Source: Somniosus microcephalus (lineage: Eukaryota). From it: a stretch of 64,000 nucleotides of DNA. The stretch's first letter is position 1. Every line of letters starts with the position of its first letter. The stretch is from the NCBI GenBank assembly GCA_052327205.1, contig JBMRGM010000041.1:47554001-47618000 (forward strand). The letters run 5' to 3'. Below, one piece after another: positions 1-10,189 of the stretch. The position numbers and the translations under genes are program-made. Under the pieces are notes generated by a model, which saw only the letters and a list, made by a program, of their open reading frames with translations, searched no databases and had not been told where the DNA came from.

Positions 1-3000
1 AGAAAGACTCTACAAAGAATGATACAAAAGAATAAATCTGGGTGGACCGCTCGGATTCGGCATTGGAATTGGACACATCGAAATAACACCCAGCCCAGTC
101 AAATCTGCAATGCCAGCCAGGGCATTCTGGAGGGAGAGGCTATACAGCCAGCTGTGGTGCATATAGGTGCCGTCGATATAGGTAAAAAAAAGGATGAGGT
201 CCTAAAAGCTGAATATAGGGTGTTAGGAGGAAAATTTAAAAATAGACTTCAAAGTAGTTATCACAGGATTTCTACCAGTGCCACGAGCTAATCAGAGTAG
301 AAATAGAAGGATATTTTAGATGAATACGTGGCTAGAGGAATGGTGCAAGTGGGAAGGATTCAAATTCCTGGGACATTGGAACCGGTTCTGGGGGAGGATG
401 GATTAGTACAAACTGGACGGTTTGCACCTGGGCGGGACCGGAACCAATGTCCTACGGGCAGTGTTTGCTAGTGCTGTTGGGGAGGATTTAAAATAAAATA
501 ACAGGGGTTTGGGAACCTGCACAAGGAGACAGAGGAAAGGGAAGCATAGATAGAAACAAAGAACAGGAAGGAGTAAAGCAGAAGTGGAAAGCAGAGAAAT
601 CAATTGTGTTAATCAAACAGGGCCACAGTAAATAAGAATTCTAAAAGTACTAAGAATGTTAAAAAATCAAGCCTGAAGGCATTGTGTCTTAATGCGAGGA
701 GCATTCGTAATTAGGTGGATGAATTAGCTGTGCAAATAGATGTAAACAGATATGTTATTATTGGGATTACGGAGACATGGCTCCAGGGTGACCAAGACTG
801 GGAATTCAACAACCAGGGGTATTCAATGTTCAGGAAGGACAGGAAAAAAGGAAAAGGAGGTGCGGTAGCACTGCTGGTTAAAGAGGAGATTAACACAATA
901 GTAAGGAAGGATATTAGCTCTGATGAGGTGGAATCTATATGGGCAGAGCAGGGAAATACCAAGGCGCAGAAAACGTTAGTTGGAGTTGTATGCAGAACCA
1001 AAAACAGTAAAGCTGAAGTTGGGGATGGCATTAACGGGAAACTGGAGACGCATGCAATAAGGGCACAGCAGTTATCATGGGTGACTTTAATCTACATATA
1101 GATTGGGCTAACCAAACTAGCAACAATCCTGTAGAGGTGAAATTCCTAGAGTGTATACGGGATGGTTTCCAGGACCAATAAGTCGAGGAACCAACTAGAA
1201 ATCAGGCCATCTTAGACCGGGTATTATGTAATGAGAGAGGATTAATTAACAATGATGTTGTCCGAGGCCTCTTGGGGAGGAGCGATCATAATATGATAGA
1301 ATTCTTCAATAAAATGGATAGTGAAGTAGTTGACACAGAGACTAGTGTCCTGAATGTAAATAAAGCAAAGTACGATGGTATGAGGCACGAGTTGGCTAGG
1401 ATGAACTGGGGAACGTTACTTAAAGGGCTGACAGTGGATAGTCAATGGCAAACATTTGAAGACCGTATGGATGAACTACAGAATTTGTTCATCACTGTTA
1501 GGCAAAAAAAGAAAAAATGGTGACTCAACCGCGGCTAAAAAGGGAAATTAGGGCGAGCATAAGATCCAAGGAGATGACATATTATTTGGCCAGTAAAAGC
1601 AGCAAACCTGAGGATTGGGAGCAGTTTAGCATTCAGCAAAGGAGGACAAAGGGATTAAATAAGAGGGGGATAATAGAATTTGAGAGTAAGTTTTCAGTGA
1701 AAATAAAAACTGACTGTAAAAGCTTCTATAGATATGTGAAGAGGAAACAATTGGTGAAGTCAAGCACAGGTCCCTTGCAGTCAGAATCAGGGGAATTTAT
1801 AATGGGGAACAAAGAAATGGCTGGCCAATTAAATACATACTTTGGTACTGTCTTCACAAAGGAGGACACAAATAACCTCCCAGAGATGTCGGGGAACATA
1901 GGGTCTAATGAAAGTGAGGAATAGAATGAAATCATAGGGAAATTGAGTTTGGGAAATTGATGGGTTTGAAGGCCAATAAATCCCCAGGGCCTGATAATCT
2001 ACATTCAAAGTTACTTAATGTAGTGGCCCTAGAAATAGTCGATGACCATCTTCCAAAATGCTATAGACTCTGTAACAGCTCCCATGGGTTGGAGGATAGC
2101 TAATGTAACGCCACTATTTAAAAAAGGTGGAAGAGAAAAAACGGGGAATTATAGACTGCTTAGCCTGACATCGGTAGTGGGGAAAATTCTAGAGTCCATT
2201 ATAAAAATGTAATAGCAGAGCACTTGGAAAACAGTGCCAGCATCGGACAAAGTGAACATGGATTTACAAAGATAAATCATGCTTGACTAATCTACTGGAA
2301 ATTTTTGAGGAAGTAACTGGTAGAATAGATAATGGAGAACAAGTGGATGTGGATTATTGGGAGAAGGGGAAGTGCAACTAGACATGGGTGTCCTTGTGCA
2401 CCAGTCGCTGAAGATAAGCATGCAGCTGCAGCAGGCGGTTAAGAAGGCAAATGGTATGTTGGACTTCGTAGTGAGAGGGTTTGAGTATAGGAACAAGGAT
2501 GTCTTGCTGCAGTTGTACAGGGCCTTGATGAGACCACACCTTGAGTATTGTGTGCAGTTTTGATGGCCTTATCTGAGGAAGGATGGTCTTGCCATGGAAG
2601 GACTTGAGCGAAGGTTCACCAGACTGACAGCTGGGATGGCAGGAATGACGTATCAGGAGAGATGGGTTCAATTAGGCTTATATTCGCTAGTATTTAGAAG
2701 AATGAGAGGGGATCTCATTGAAAATTATAAAATTCTAAAAGGACGAGATAGACTAGATGCAGGAAGGATGTTCTCGGTGGCGGGGAGTCAAGAACCAGGG
2801 GGTCACAGTCTAAGGGTAAGGGGAAAGCCATTTATGACTGAGATGAGGAGGAATTTCTTCACCAGAGAGTGGTGAACATGGAGAATTCTCTGCCACAGAA
2901 GGCAATTGAGGCCAATTCATTCAATATACTCCAGAAGGAGTTAGATATATTTCTTAAGGCTAAAGGGATCAAGGGATATGGGGAGAAGGCAGTGCCAGGG

Positions 3001-3099
3001 TTCTAAGTTTGGAAGGTCAGCCATGATCTCATTAAATGGCGGAACAGGCTCGAGGGGCCGAATGGCCTACTCCTGCTCCTATCTTCTATGTTTCTATGA
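1..3099 (+). mobile_element. Decayed CR1 LINE: ORF1 SGNH-esterase C-terminus, broken ORF2 (APE + partial RT), 3' UTR and tail
   Basis: ORF1 motifs VVHIG..DIGKKKDEVL and LDGLHL, ending GAT TTA AAA TAA (485-496). ORF2 motifs LNARSI, ITETWL, RSDHN, RPHLEYCVQF, RGDLIE. 3' end gaatggcctactcctgctcctatcttctatgtttctatga. Many stops and frameshifts. Confidence 0.95.
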
Positions 3100-3248
3100 T
3101 AGATTTTTGAACCTTAAGGGAATCAAGGGTTATGGAGATAGTGCAGGATAGGAGATGATGTAAAAGATTAGCAATGATATAATTGAATGGTGGAGCAGAC
3201 TCGAAGGGATAAATGGGCTACTCCTGCTATTATCTTTTATCTTATGTT
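3098..3248 (+). mobile_element. Short CR1 3'-end fragment
   Basis: gatagatttttg...gaatggtggagcagactcgaagggataaatgggctactcctgct, homologous to the 3' end of the preceding element. Confidence 0.8.
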
Positions 3249-3817
3249 CAGAGGGAATGAAACAAGAGACAGAAAGAAAAGTTACCAATATTACTGAATT
3301 TTTCTTTGTACAGCTGCAACAATAATTAAAATCCGAAGGAATGAGACTCTACACGTGTAACAGTTAATATTTAGTGCAAGAGAAGTTGTCTGGCATTAGT
3401 TAAGACTGCTTAGACCGTTAAACAAATAATTACACTGGAATAGGCAAGCCCTGACTTTTCCTGGCGAGTTTGCTGTGTATCTATCAGGTATGTACAGTAA
3501 TTTTACGTCGTTCCATGCATTCCAATGGCGAGTCTCTCGGCCAGATACCATTCTCGACCAGCTTTGGGAGCAGCAGGTCAACTCGGACAGGACCTTCACG
3601 ATTTTCGTGTTTAACTCGGCATGTGCAGTCGCTGGAAGTTGCTGTCCAATTTACACTTTAACAACAGTGAGCGCTGTTCGCCACACCGTTATTTCTACCG
3701 CAAAATCTGGCCTATTACAAAAATATGAAACTATCACTATTCATCCCCCAGTCACTCACTCCATGAAATAAATGGTGCAGAAACCAAACCATTAAAGTGA
3801 GCGGACGGCAAATGACA

Positions 3818-4375
3818 AACTGAGTAATCTAAATTTCCTCATGGACCCCCCTGGGGAGTGACGTCCCACACCAAGAGCACAGGGGCTTGTAATTACAGGC
3901 TGAGTACTCTCAATTTCCTCATGTTCCCCCCCGGGGAGTGACGTTCCACACCAAGAGCACAGGGGCTGGTAATTACAGGCTGAGTAATCTCAATTTCCTC
4001 ATGTTCCCCCCTGGGGAGTGACGTCCCACACCAAGTGAACAAGCGCAGGTAATTAGAGACTGAGTAATCTCAATTTCCTCATGTTCCACCCTGGGGAGTG
4101 ACCTCCCACACCAAGAGCACAGGGGCTGGTGATTACAGGCTGAGTAATCTGAATTTCCTCATGTTCCCCCCTGGGGAGTGACGTCCCACACCAAGTGAAC
4201 AGGGGCAGGTAATTAGAGACTGAGTAATCTGAATTTCCTCATGTTCCCCCCTGGGGAGTGAGGCTCCACAGCAAGAGCACAGAGGCAGCTAATTACAGAC
4301 TGAGAAATCTCAATTTCCTCATGTTCCTCCCTTGGGAGTGACGTTCCACACCAAGAGCACAGGGGCAGGTAATTT
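3818..4375. repeat. 80-bp minisatellite, about 7 copies
   Basis: Unit ctgagtaatctcaatttcctcatgttcccccctggggagtgacgtcccacaccaagagcacaggggctggtaattacagg recurs at 3820, 3900, 3980, 4060, 4140, 4220, 4300. Confidence 0.97.
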
Positions 4376-4454
4376 ACCCAGTTGTGTACAGGTTTGGACA
4401 CTCCATTTATACGATGTAAAAGCAATGGAAAAACTGGCGTGCAATTGCCCCAGG

Positions 4455-5050
4455 GAGTTACCAGGGATGTGAAGTTACCATTAGAGACTGAGATTTGAGA
4501 ACATTGGACTCATTCCACTAGAGGTGAATAGGTTAATGAGGAGTTGCTGCAAGTCTTCTGATTCTGAAGAATTATGATCAAATAAACAGTTATTGATAGT
4601 TTGCACTGATTGCCCAGAGGGCATATATGTAGGCTATTTCGAAGAATTGGGGTGAAGGTTGATAAATTTAATTAAACACGAGGTGGTTAGAATGCAGAAT
4701 TCAATCCCACAAGCTATGGTAGCCATGGTGTGGAGATGCCGGTGTTGGACTGGGGTGGACAAATGTAAGAAATCACACAACACCAGGTTATAGTCCAACA
4801 GCTTTAATTGAAATCAAAAGTTTTCGGAGCGCTGCTCCTTCCTGATGAAGGAGCAGCGCTCTGAAAGCTTGTGATTTCAAATAAAGCTGTTGGACTATAA
4901 CCTGGTGTTGTGTGATTTCTTACAAGCTATGGTAGAAGCAGTGGACATTTTTGTTGGTAAAATCTATTTCTATTGCTGCATGGATAGAAAGAAATGCTGG
5001 AGTATGGTGTGTGATCAGAAGATTGCACCTGGACTGATTGAGATACTAAC
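4455..5050 (+). mobile_element. Highly decayed CR1 ORF2 C-terminal/3' fragment, interrupted by a Penelope-derived insert
   Basis: gtggttagaatgcagaattcaatcccacaagctatggtagaagca matches the VV..WNSLP...VEA motif seen in the intact ORF2. Boundaries are approximate. Confidence 0.55.
4723..4924. mobile_element. Palindromic Penelope-like element terminus (inverted copies) with target-site duplication
   Basis: 78-bp arms 4764-4841 and 4847-4924 (4 mismatches, 5-nt spacer). The left copy extends to about 4723. acaagctatggtag is duplicated at 4709-4722 and 4922-4935. Hammerhead core ctgatga-a-ggagc agc gctct-gaaa at 4842-4866. Confidence 0.8.
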
Positions 5051-5085
5051 CATAATGCGGTCAACAGGAGTTTGGAATTTGACAA

Positions 5086-5996
5086 GGTGGGATATTAACG
5101 GTAATGGGTAGTGAGCAGGTGTTTGGGATTAGATTGGTGGGAAATTAACGGTAATGGGTAGTGAGCAGGAGCTGGAATATGACACAGTGGGGTATTAACG
5201 GTAATGTGTAGTGAGCAGTAGGTTGGGATTAGACCAGCTTGGATATTAACAGTAAAAGGTAGTGAGCAGGAGGTTGGTATTAGATTGGTTGGATAATAAC
5301 AGTCATGGGTGGTGAGGAGAAGGTTGGGATTAGACTAGGTGGGGTATTAACGGTAATGGGTGGTAAGCAGGAGGTTGGGTTTAGACTAGGTGGAATATTA
5401 ACAGTAATGGGGGGTGAGCTGGAGGTTGGGATTAGAATGGTGGGATATTAACGGTAATAGGTAGTGAGCAGGAGTTTGGGATTAGACTAGGTGGGATATT
5501 AACGCTGATGGGCAGTGAGCGGGAGGTTGGGATTAGAATAGGTTGTATATTAACGGTAATGGGTAGTGAGCAGGAGTTGGGGATTAGACTCGGTGGGATT
5601 CTAACGTTAATGGGTAGTGAGCAGGAGGTTGGGATTAGACTAGGTGTGATATTAACCATAATGGGTAGTGAGCGGGAGGTTGGGATTAGACTAGGTGTGA
5701 TATTAACGGTAATGGGTATTGAGCAGGAGGTTGGGATTAGACTAGGTTGGATATTAACGGTAATGGGTAGTGTGCAGGAGGTTGGGATTAGACTAGGTGG
5801 ACTATTAACGGTAATGGGTAGTGAGCAGGAGGTTGGGATTAGACTAGTTGGTGTACTAACAGTAATGGGTAGTGAGCAGGAGCTTGGGATTAGACTAGGT
5901 GTGATATTAACGGTAATAAATAGCGAGCAGAATATTGGGATTAGACTCGGTGGGTTATTGACGGTAATGTGTAGTGAGCAGAAGGTTCGGATGAGA
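5086..5996. repeat. 51-bp minisatellite, about 18 copies
   Basis: Unit approx. gtgggatattaacggtaatgggtagtgagcaggaggttgggattagactag. taggtgtga recurs at 5641 and 5692; ORF 5508-6107 shows a 17-aa period. Confidence 0.97.
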
Positions 5997-6039
5997 GTAA
6001 GTCTCCTAGATTATCAACTGGGTAAATTGGTAGCAGTTC

Positions 6040-6186
6040 GACCGTCCATTACACACCCTGCCCGATTATCATTTACATTTAGTTCTATGCCATTACACTT
6101 CACCTGACAAAGGAGCAGTGCTCCGAAAGCTTGTGATTTCAAATAAAGCTGTTGGACTATAACCTGGTGTTGTGTGACTTATTACA
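6040..6186 (+). mobile_element. Penelope-like terminal fragment, same family as 4723-4924
   Basis: 6104-6186 is nearly identical to the right arm 4842-4924 and ends at the same ttaca position. The left boundary is approximate. Confidence 0.75.
6100..6136 (+). ncRNA. Minimal type I hammerhead ribozyme motif, probably inactivated (G8A)
   Basis: tcac-CTGACAA-a-ggagc(agt)gctcc-GAAA-gc-TT-gtga: stem I TCAC/GTGA, stem II GGAGC/GCTCC, palindromic AGCT in place of stem III. Confidence 0.65.
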
Positions 6187-6828
6187 GAATATTACAGGCT
6201 GCTTGCTGTAAATTCCTGAAGTGCTGTCACGGGGAGTGACGCTCCACGACAGGTTCTACCGCCAGTATTGAGTCTCTGTCGAAGTTGGAATTGACTCCCG
6301 GTGATGCAGGGGCAGGAAAAATCTGCACAGCGTCGGGTTTTCAAACCTAATTCTTTGGGGGTTAGTTTTCCTGTTGTTGTCTCATACATTTTAACCATTT
6401 TACCATTTTGTTTTTGTACTTGAAATGCCTCTCATTTACTCCACAGTTGATTTTGTCATTTCTCGGTTCCTTAATTTATGATCAGTAGGTTCCAGGTCAG
6501 TAAACTCCTTACATTCCCTGTAATTCCTGTCTGTTGCCTCTGGTCTCTCCTTTTCCCAGTCCCACTAAAACTGTTCCCTTTTTCTTCAGTCCACAAAGAG
6601 TTATACCCGAACCATTCCCCTGTCCTTTGTACAGATACAGAAGGATCCGTTGGGTATTTTCACCTCTTCATATCATTGTTGCAGATTGACAATATTTTCA
6701 GTTTTATCTATTTATTTCCTATTTGACGAGTTTCTATTTGGTAACATTCTGTGATTCTAAGACCTGACATCCTGTCAGATCTGCGATGTTTGGATAATCC
6801 AGACTCGTTCTGTGTCCCTCCCACTTAC

Positions 6829-6995
6829 CCGATGTTCTTGTCCTTTGAAATGCCTCTCGTTTTTTAACAACAAGCTGATATCGTTCACCCCTGCTTCAAT
6901 CGCCTGTTCCAGTCTGTCCCGGTAGGATTTCGTGAATCGGAACAGCTGGTATTCATCACATTTTGTCAAGAACTGAGTGATTGCACAGTTTGGAT
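6829..6995 (-). CDS. Coding exon of a shark-type NLR (NACHT-LRR, NLRC3-like) gene; first half of the N-terminal death-fold/CARD-like domain
   Basis: Acceptor tttttctgcatttgtgttcacAG|ATCCA, donor CATCGG|GTAAGT. 167 bp: (D)PNCAITQFLTKCDEYQLFRFTKSYRDRLEQAIEAGVNDISLLLKNERHFKGQEHR. This resembles the YRDRLEQAIE N-terminus of chondrichthyan NLRs (recognised from memory, not searched). Confidence 0.85.
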
Positions 6996-7184
6996 CTGTG
7001 AACACAAATGCAGAAAAATAAACACATTATCCACTGTGGCTGCATTTCATCATATACCAAAAGGCTACAGCTTCCTGTGAACCACATTGTCAAACACCTT
7101 CTGTTAACTCACATACACCACATGTACAAAATTCCATCAACCTGTATAGTCACATCTCAACAAAACTGCATCTTAATATGTTAG

Positions 7185-8125
7185 GAGATTAGGTACGTGA
7201 CTGGCAAATGATGATTAGCTTGGATAAGTGCCGTGTTATGCCTGTGGGCAGTGCGTGTGCTCAACATTCATGCACCCTTCATGGCATTAAATAAGAGGGA
7301 GAAAGGAAGATCCGGGTATTCTAGTGCATACAACTGTTACAGGTACAGGACCAATGCCGTGAAGCCATAGCTAGAACAAAGGGGGTATTCGGGTGCATTC
7401 ATAGGAGAGCAGGGTATAAGACGACCTATTCTGTCCCAGTACCAGTACATGACCTTGGTAAAGGCCTCACTTGGAATACCGTGTTCAGTTATGATCCCCA
7501 CATAAGGTGGGTGATATTGAGGCTTTAAAACTGTTGCAGAGGAGGGACATTAGACTAATTCCCAGTATAAAGCAACTTAGTTATCAAGATAGGATAAGAA
7601 TTTGGACTCTACACTTTAAAGAAGCAAAGACTTAGCGGTGATTTGATTGAGGTTTATAAGATGATGAAGGGAATCGGTTGTGTTCCATTTGACAGCTTGT
7701 TCCAATTACATAGCTTACGGAGGGCCAGGGGTCACAATTTTAAGTTGTGCAAGGCCAGACTTAAGTTAGGTGTCAGCAGCTGGTTCTTTTCCCAGAGAAT
7801 AGTCGACCTCTGGAACAGGATACCTCTCTGGCGGTGGACACTGACTCGGTGAATTCCTTCAGGTGAGAGCTGGACCTTTTCCTCTTTGGTGCGGACATCA
7901 CCTCTTACAACAGGAAGACACTTCCGGGGATTCATTGTAAGATTGATCTGCTGGACTAGTTTCAATCGCCTAGATGGGTAGAAGAGGAATTTCCCGTATT
8001 TTAATCCCTCAAATTGGCCTGTGTTTTTACCTGTTTTTTTTCACCTCACCCATGGTTTGGTTTGGGAAAGCAAGAACAAAGTATGACAAAGCATCGCAAT
8101 TGCGTGGGAAAGGCTGGATGGACCA
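7185..8125 (+). mobile_element. Decayed CR1/L2-group LINE 3' portion with 3' UTR
   Basis: Motifs WQM...DKC.VM, PHLEY, DLIEVYKMMKG, RGHNFKL, FFSQRIVDLWN. Confidence 0.85.
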
Positions 8126-8204
8126 AAGAATTGTGCTATCTCCCTTCCTGTTGCTGAACTGTGTACATATGGATTCCATCTTAGAATTGCTCCCTCGAAC
8201 ACCC

Positions 8205-8393
8205 TTACCTTCTAAACCCCTCCGCCTCGCTCTCTCTCTCTCCTCCTTTCAGACGTTCCTTAAACTTTACCTGCCCTAACATCTCCTTATGTGACTCGGT
8301 GTCAAATTTTGATTGGCAACCCTCCTGTGAAGCACCTGGAGAGGTTTTCCAACCTTAAAGGCGCTATATAAACACCAGTTTGTTCTTGTTGTT
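8205..8393 (+). mobile_element. L2-type LINE/SINE 3' tail
   Basis: ctaaacccctccgcctc...cctgtgaagcacc...aaaggcgctatataaa followed by a (gtt)n-like tail. Confidence 0.6.
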
Positions 8394-8879
8394 CATGCAC
8401 TGTCGTAGAAGGCTTTATTAATACTGGCGTCCACAAATTTTCTGCTCATCCCTCAAAATGTTAACACCAGAAGCACCTCCCTCTGAGTCCTGTGAAAACC
8501 AAGGCCCTGTTTATAGATACTAGATCACAGCTCTCATGCTTCTGAATGTTTGGAATGATTTGTATACTCACACACAACTCAGTACTAGCTCCAACACTTG
8601 AAATGTTGACTTGTCCTCGTTCCTTCTTTTTATAAACACAACTACAACTCTCACTACTTCAAATCGTCTTTCCTTTTTCTTGCCAATAACTTTTCAGTAT
8701 TTCTTATATCTTCTGTTTCAACTTCAGCATTTTTATTAATACCGTTCTCCAGTCTCAGTTCCCGATATTTCACAATCTCCAGTCACATCCCCTGATACTC
8801 TCCCACTGCTCCATTCATCTTTTCTGTAAAACCATTATTGTTCGTCGGTAAAGGTCGCATGCGTCGCTTCACTTCCAAC

Positions 8880-9642
8880 TGTACTCACTCTAGTGCCCCA
8901 AGAACGTGAACACTTCACTCCTGCTCCAGCCCTGCAGCCGCAAATTGACCAGTCTCATATTTCCCTCCTTAAGCAGCCCAGTGAAACACAATCCGGAGAT
9001 CAACATCTTGAGGCCTGGTTTCTTAGTTTAGTGCCTCAGTCTTAATACTCCCTCTATAAACGTATTTCTATCCAGGTTACTGGCTCCGACCATGGCTATT
9101 TTCTGCTCTCCATTCCTTCCCAGAGGTGGTCCCACCGGTTAAGGATGTTCTTCCCACTGGCACCAGGGAGGTAACTAACCATTCGGGACATGCTCACGGC
9201 TGCAGAACAGATTGTTTATTCCCCCGACTATAAAACCTACCACCAGTACCGCTCTCCTATTCCTGTGTCCCACCTGCCTCTCACTCTCTCCCCGCTGGGT
9301 GGCCTCCTGCTCTCTGGTTTCACACTGTTTACTCAAGAAGACGATTCTCTGAGTCACTGTCTCTCTCCACCTTTCACTTTCCAGTACCAGGCATCTTTGG
9401 ACTGTTCCAGTACTCAGGGGCTTCCTCCACCTTTGACTGCGAAGCTCTGAGTCACTATCTCTATCCACCTTACAGTCCTCAATGCCAGGTATATATTGGA
9501 CAGTTCCAGTATTCAGGGGCTCCCTCCACCTGTGACTGCGGTGTCCCTCTAGATGGTCACTAACTCCCCTCTTTGTACTCAGCCCCTGTCCTGCTCCCTC
9601 GACATGTGAGAGCTGCAGGTTCAGGCAATACATCTGGACCAT
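8880..9642 (-). mobile_element. Decayed CR1 ORF1 remnant
   Basis: RRAVLVVGFIVGGINNLFCSR aligns to RAIVVGDSIVRGTDRRFCGR of the intact ORF1; tggcaccagggagg is shared with 29609-29622. Boundaries are approximate. Confidence 0.75.
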
Positions 9643-9686
9643 TCGTCAGGACAGAAATTGTATTTTAAAGTATTTTCTGAGCCTAC

Positions 9687-9750
9687 CTGTTTCCATTCTC
9701 ATTCTTTTTGAAGATGTTCGATCTTCTCCCCTGTCTGGACCTTCAGCCAT
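9687..9750 (-). CDS. First coding exon of the NLR gene (exon 9687-9782 including 5' UTR)
   Basis: Acceptor atttgttacAG (9783-9784), Kozak cagcaccATGG, MAEGPDRGEDRTSSKRMRMET+G, donor G|GTAGGC. The phase-1 end joins AT of the 6995 exon to give GAT (Asp). Confidence 0.85.
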
Positions 9751-10189
9751 GGTGCTGACAGGCGTTCCCAGGCTCTGATGCTCTGTAACAAATATAATAT
9801 TAATAGGAGTGTTCCTGGGAAATATTAAAATGAGAAGGAGAACGTTGCCTTGTTAAACATGATATCAGGTCGCTCCTCCCCCATCAGCACAGCCGCTGGT
9901 AGCTCTGGAATCTCAGAAAACGCCATGAATGTACAAGTGCTTGAGTTGAATGCTCTTTTACAATCATAATTCTCCATTCTGTGCTTTCCCTTGCACGTGC
10001 GTCCATTGAATCTATCAATCAGCGGCCTTTCCTTTCCCCACTGTGGAAATGTAAAAGCGATTCAGTTAATTCAGTACAAGTCTGAGTGTTTGTAATATTC
10101 AGTACGTTGCTGTTTCACTAACGCTGCCAGTAGTGCAATAAACACACAGAAGTAACAGAGGGGCAAGGAGAATGTCTGAGAAATGAGTA

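Noticed and set aside
3480-3640. Possible next NLR exon (minus frame VDLLLPKLVENGIWPR)
   Set aside because: Only vague similarity, and no convincing phase-0 acceptor/donor pair.
4764-4924. miRNA precursor or DNA-transposon MITE
   Set aside because: The asymmetric tail, long TSD, hammerhead core and solo copy at 6100-6186 fit a Penelope-type origin better.
5508-6107. 199-aa ORF with a 17-aa repeat
   Set aside because: The open frame follows from the 51-bp unit. It is antisense to the NLR gene with no gene context.
6420-6433. 14-bp match ttgaaatgcctctc to exon sequence at 6845-6858
   Set aside because: It does not extend on either side and is probably chance.
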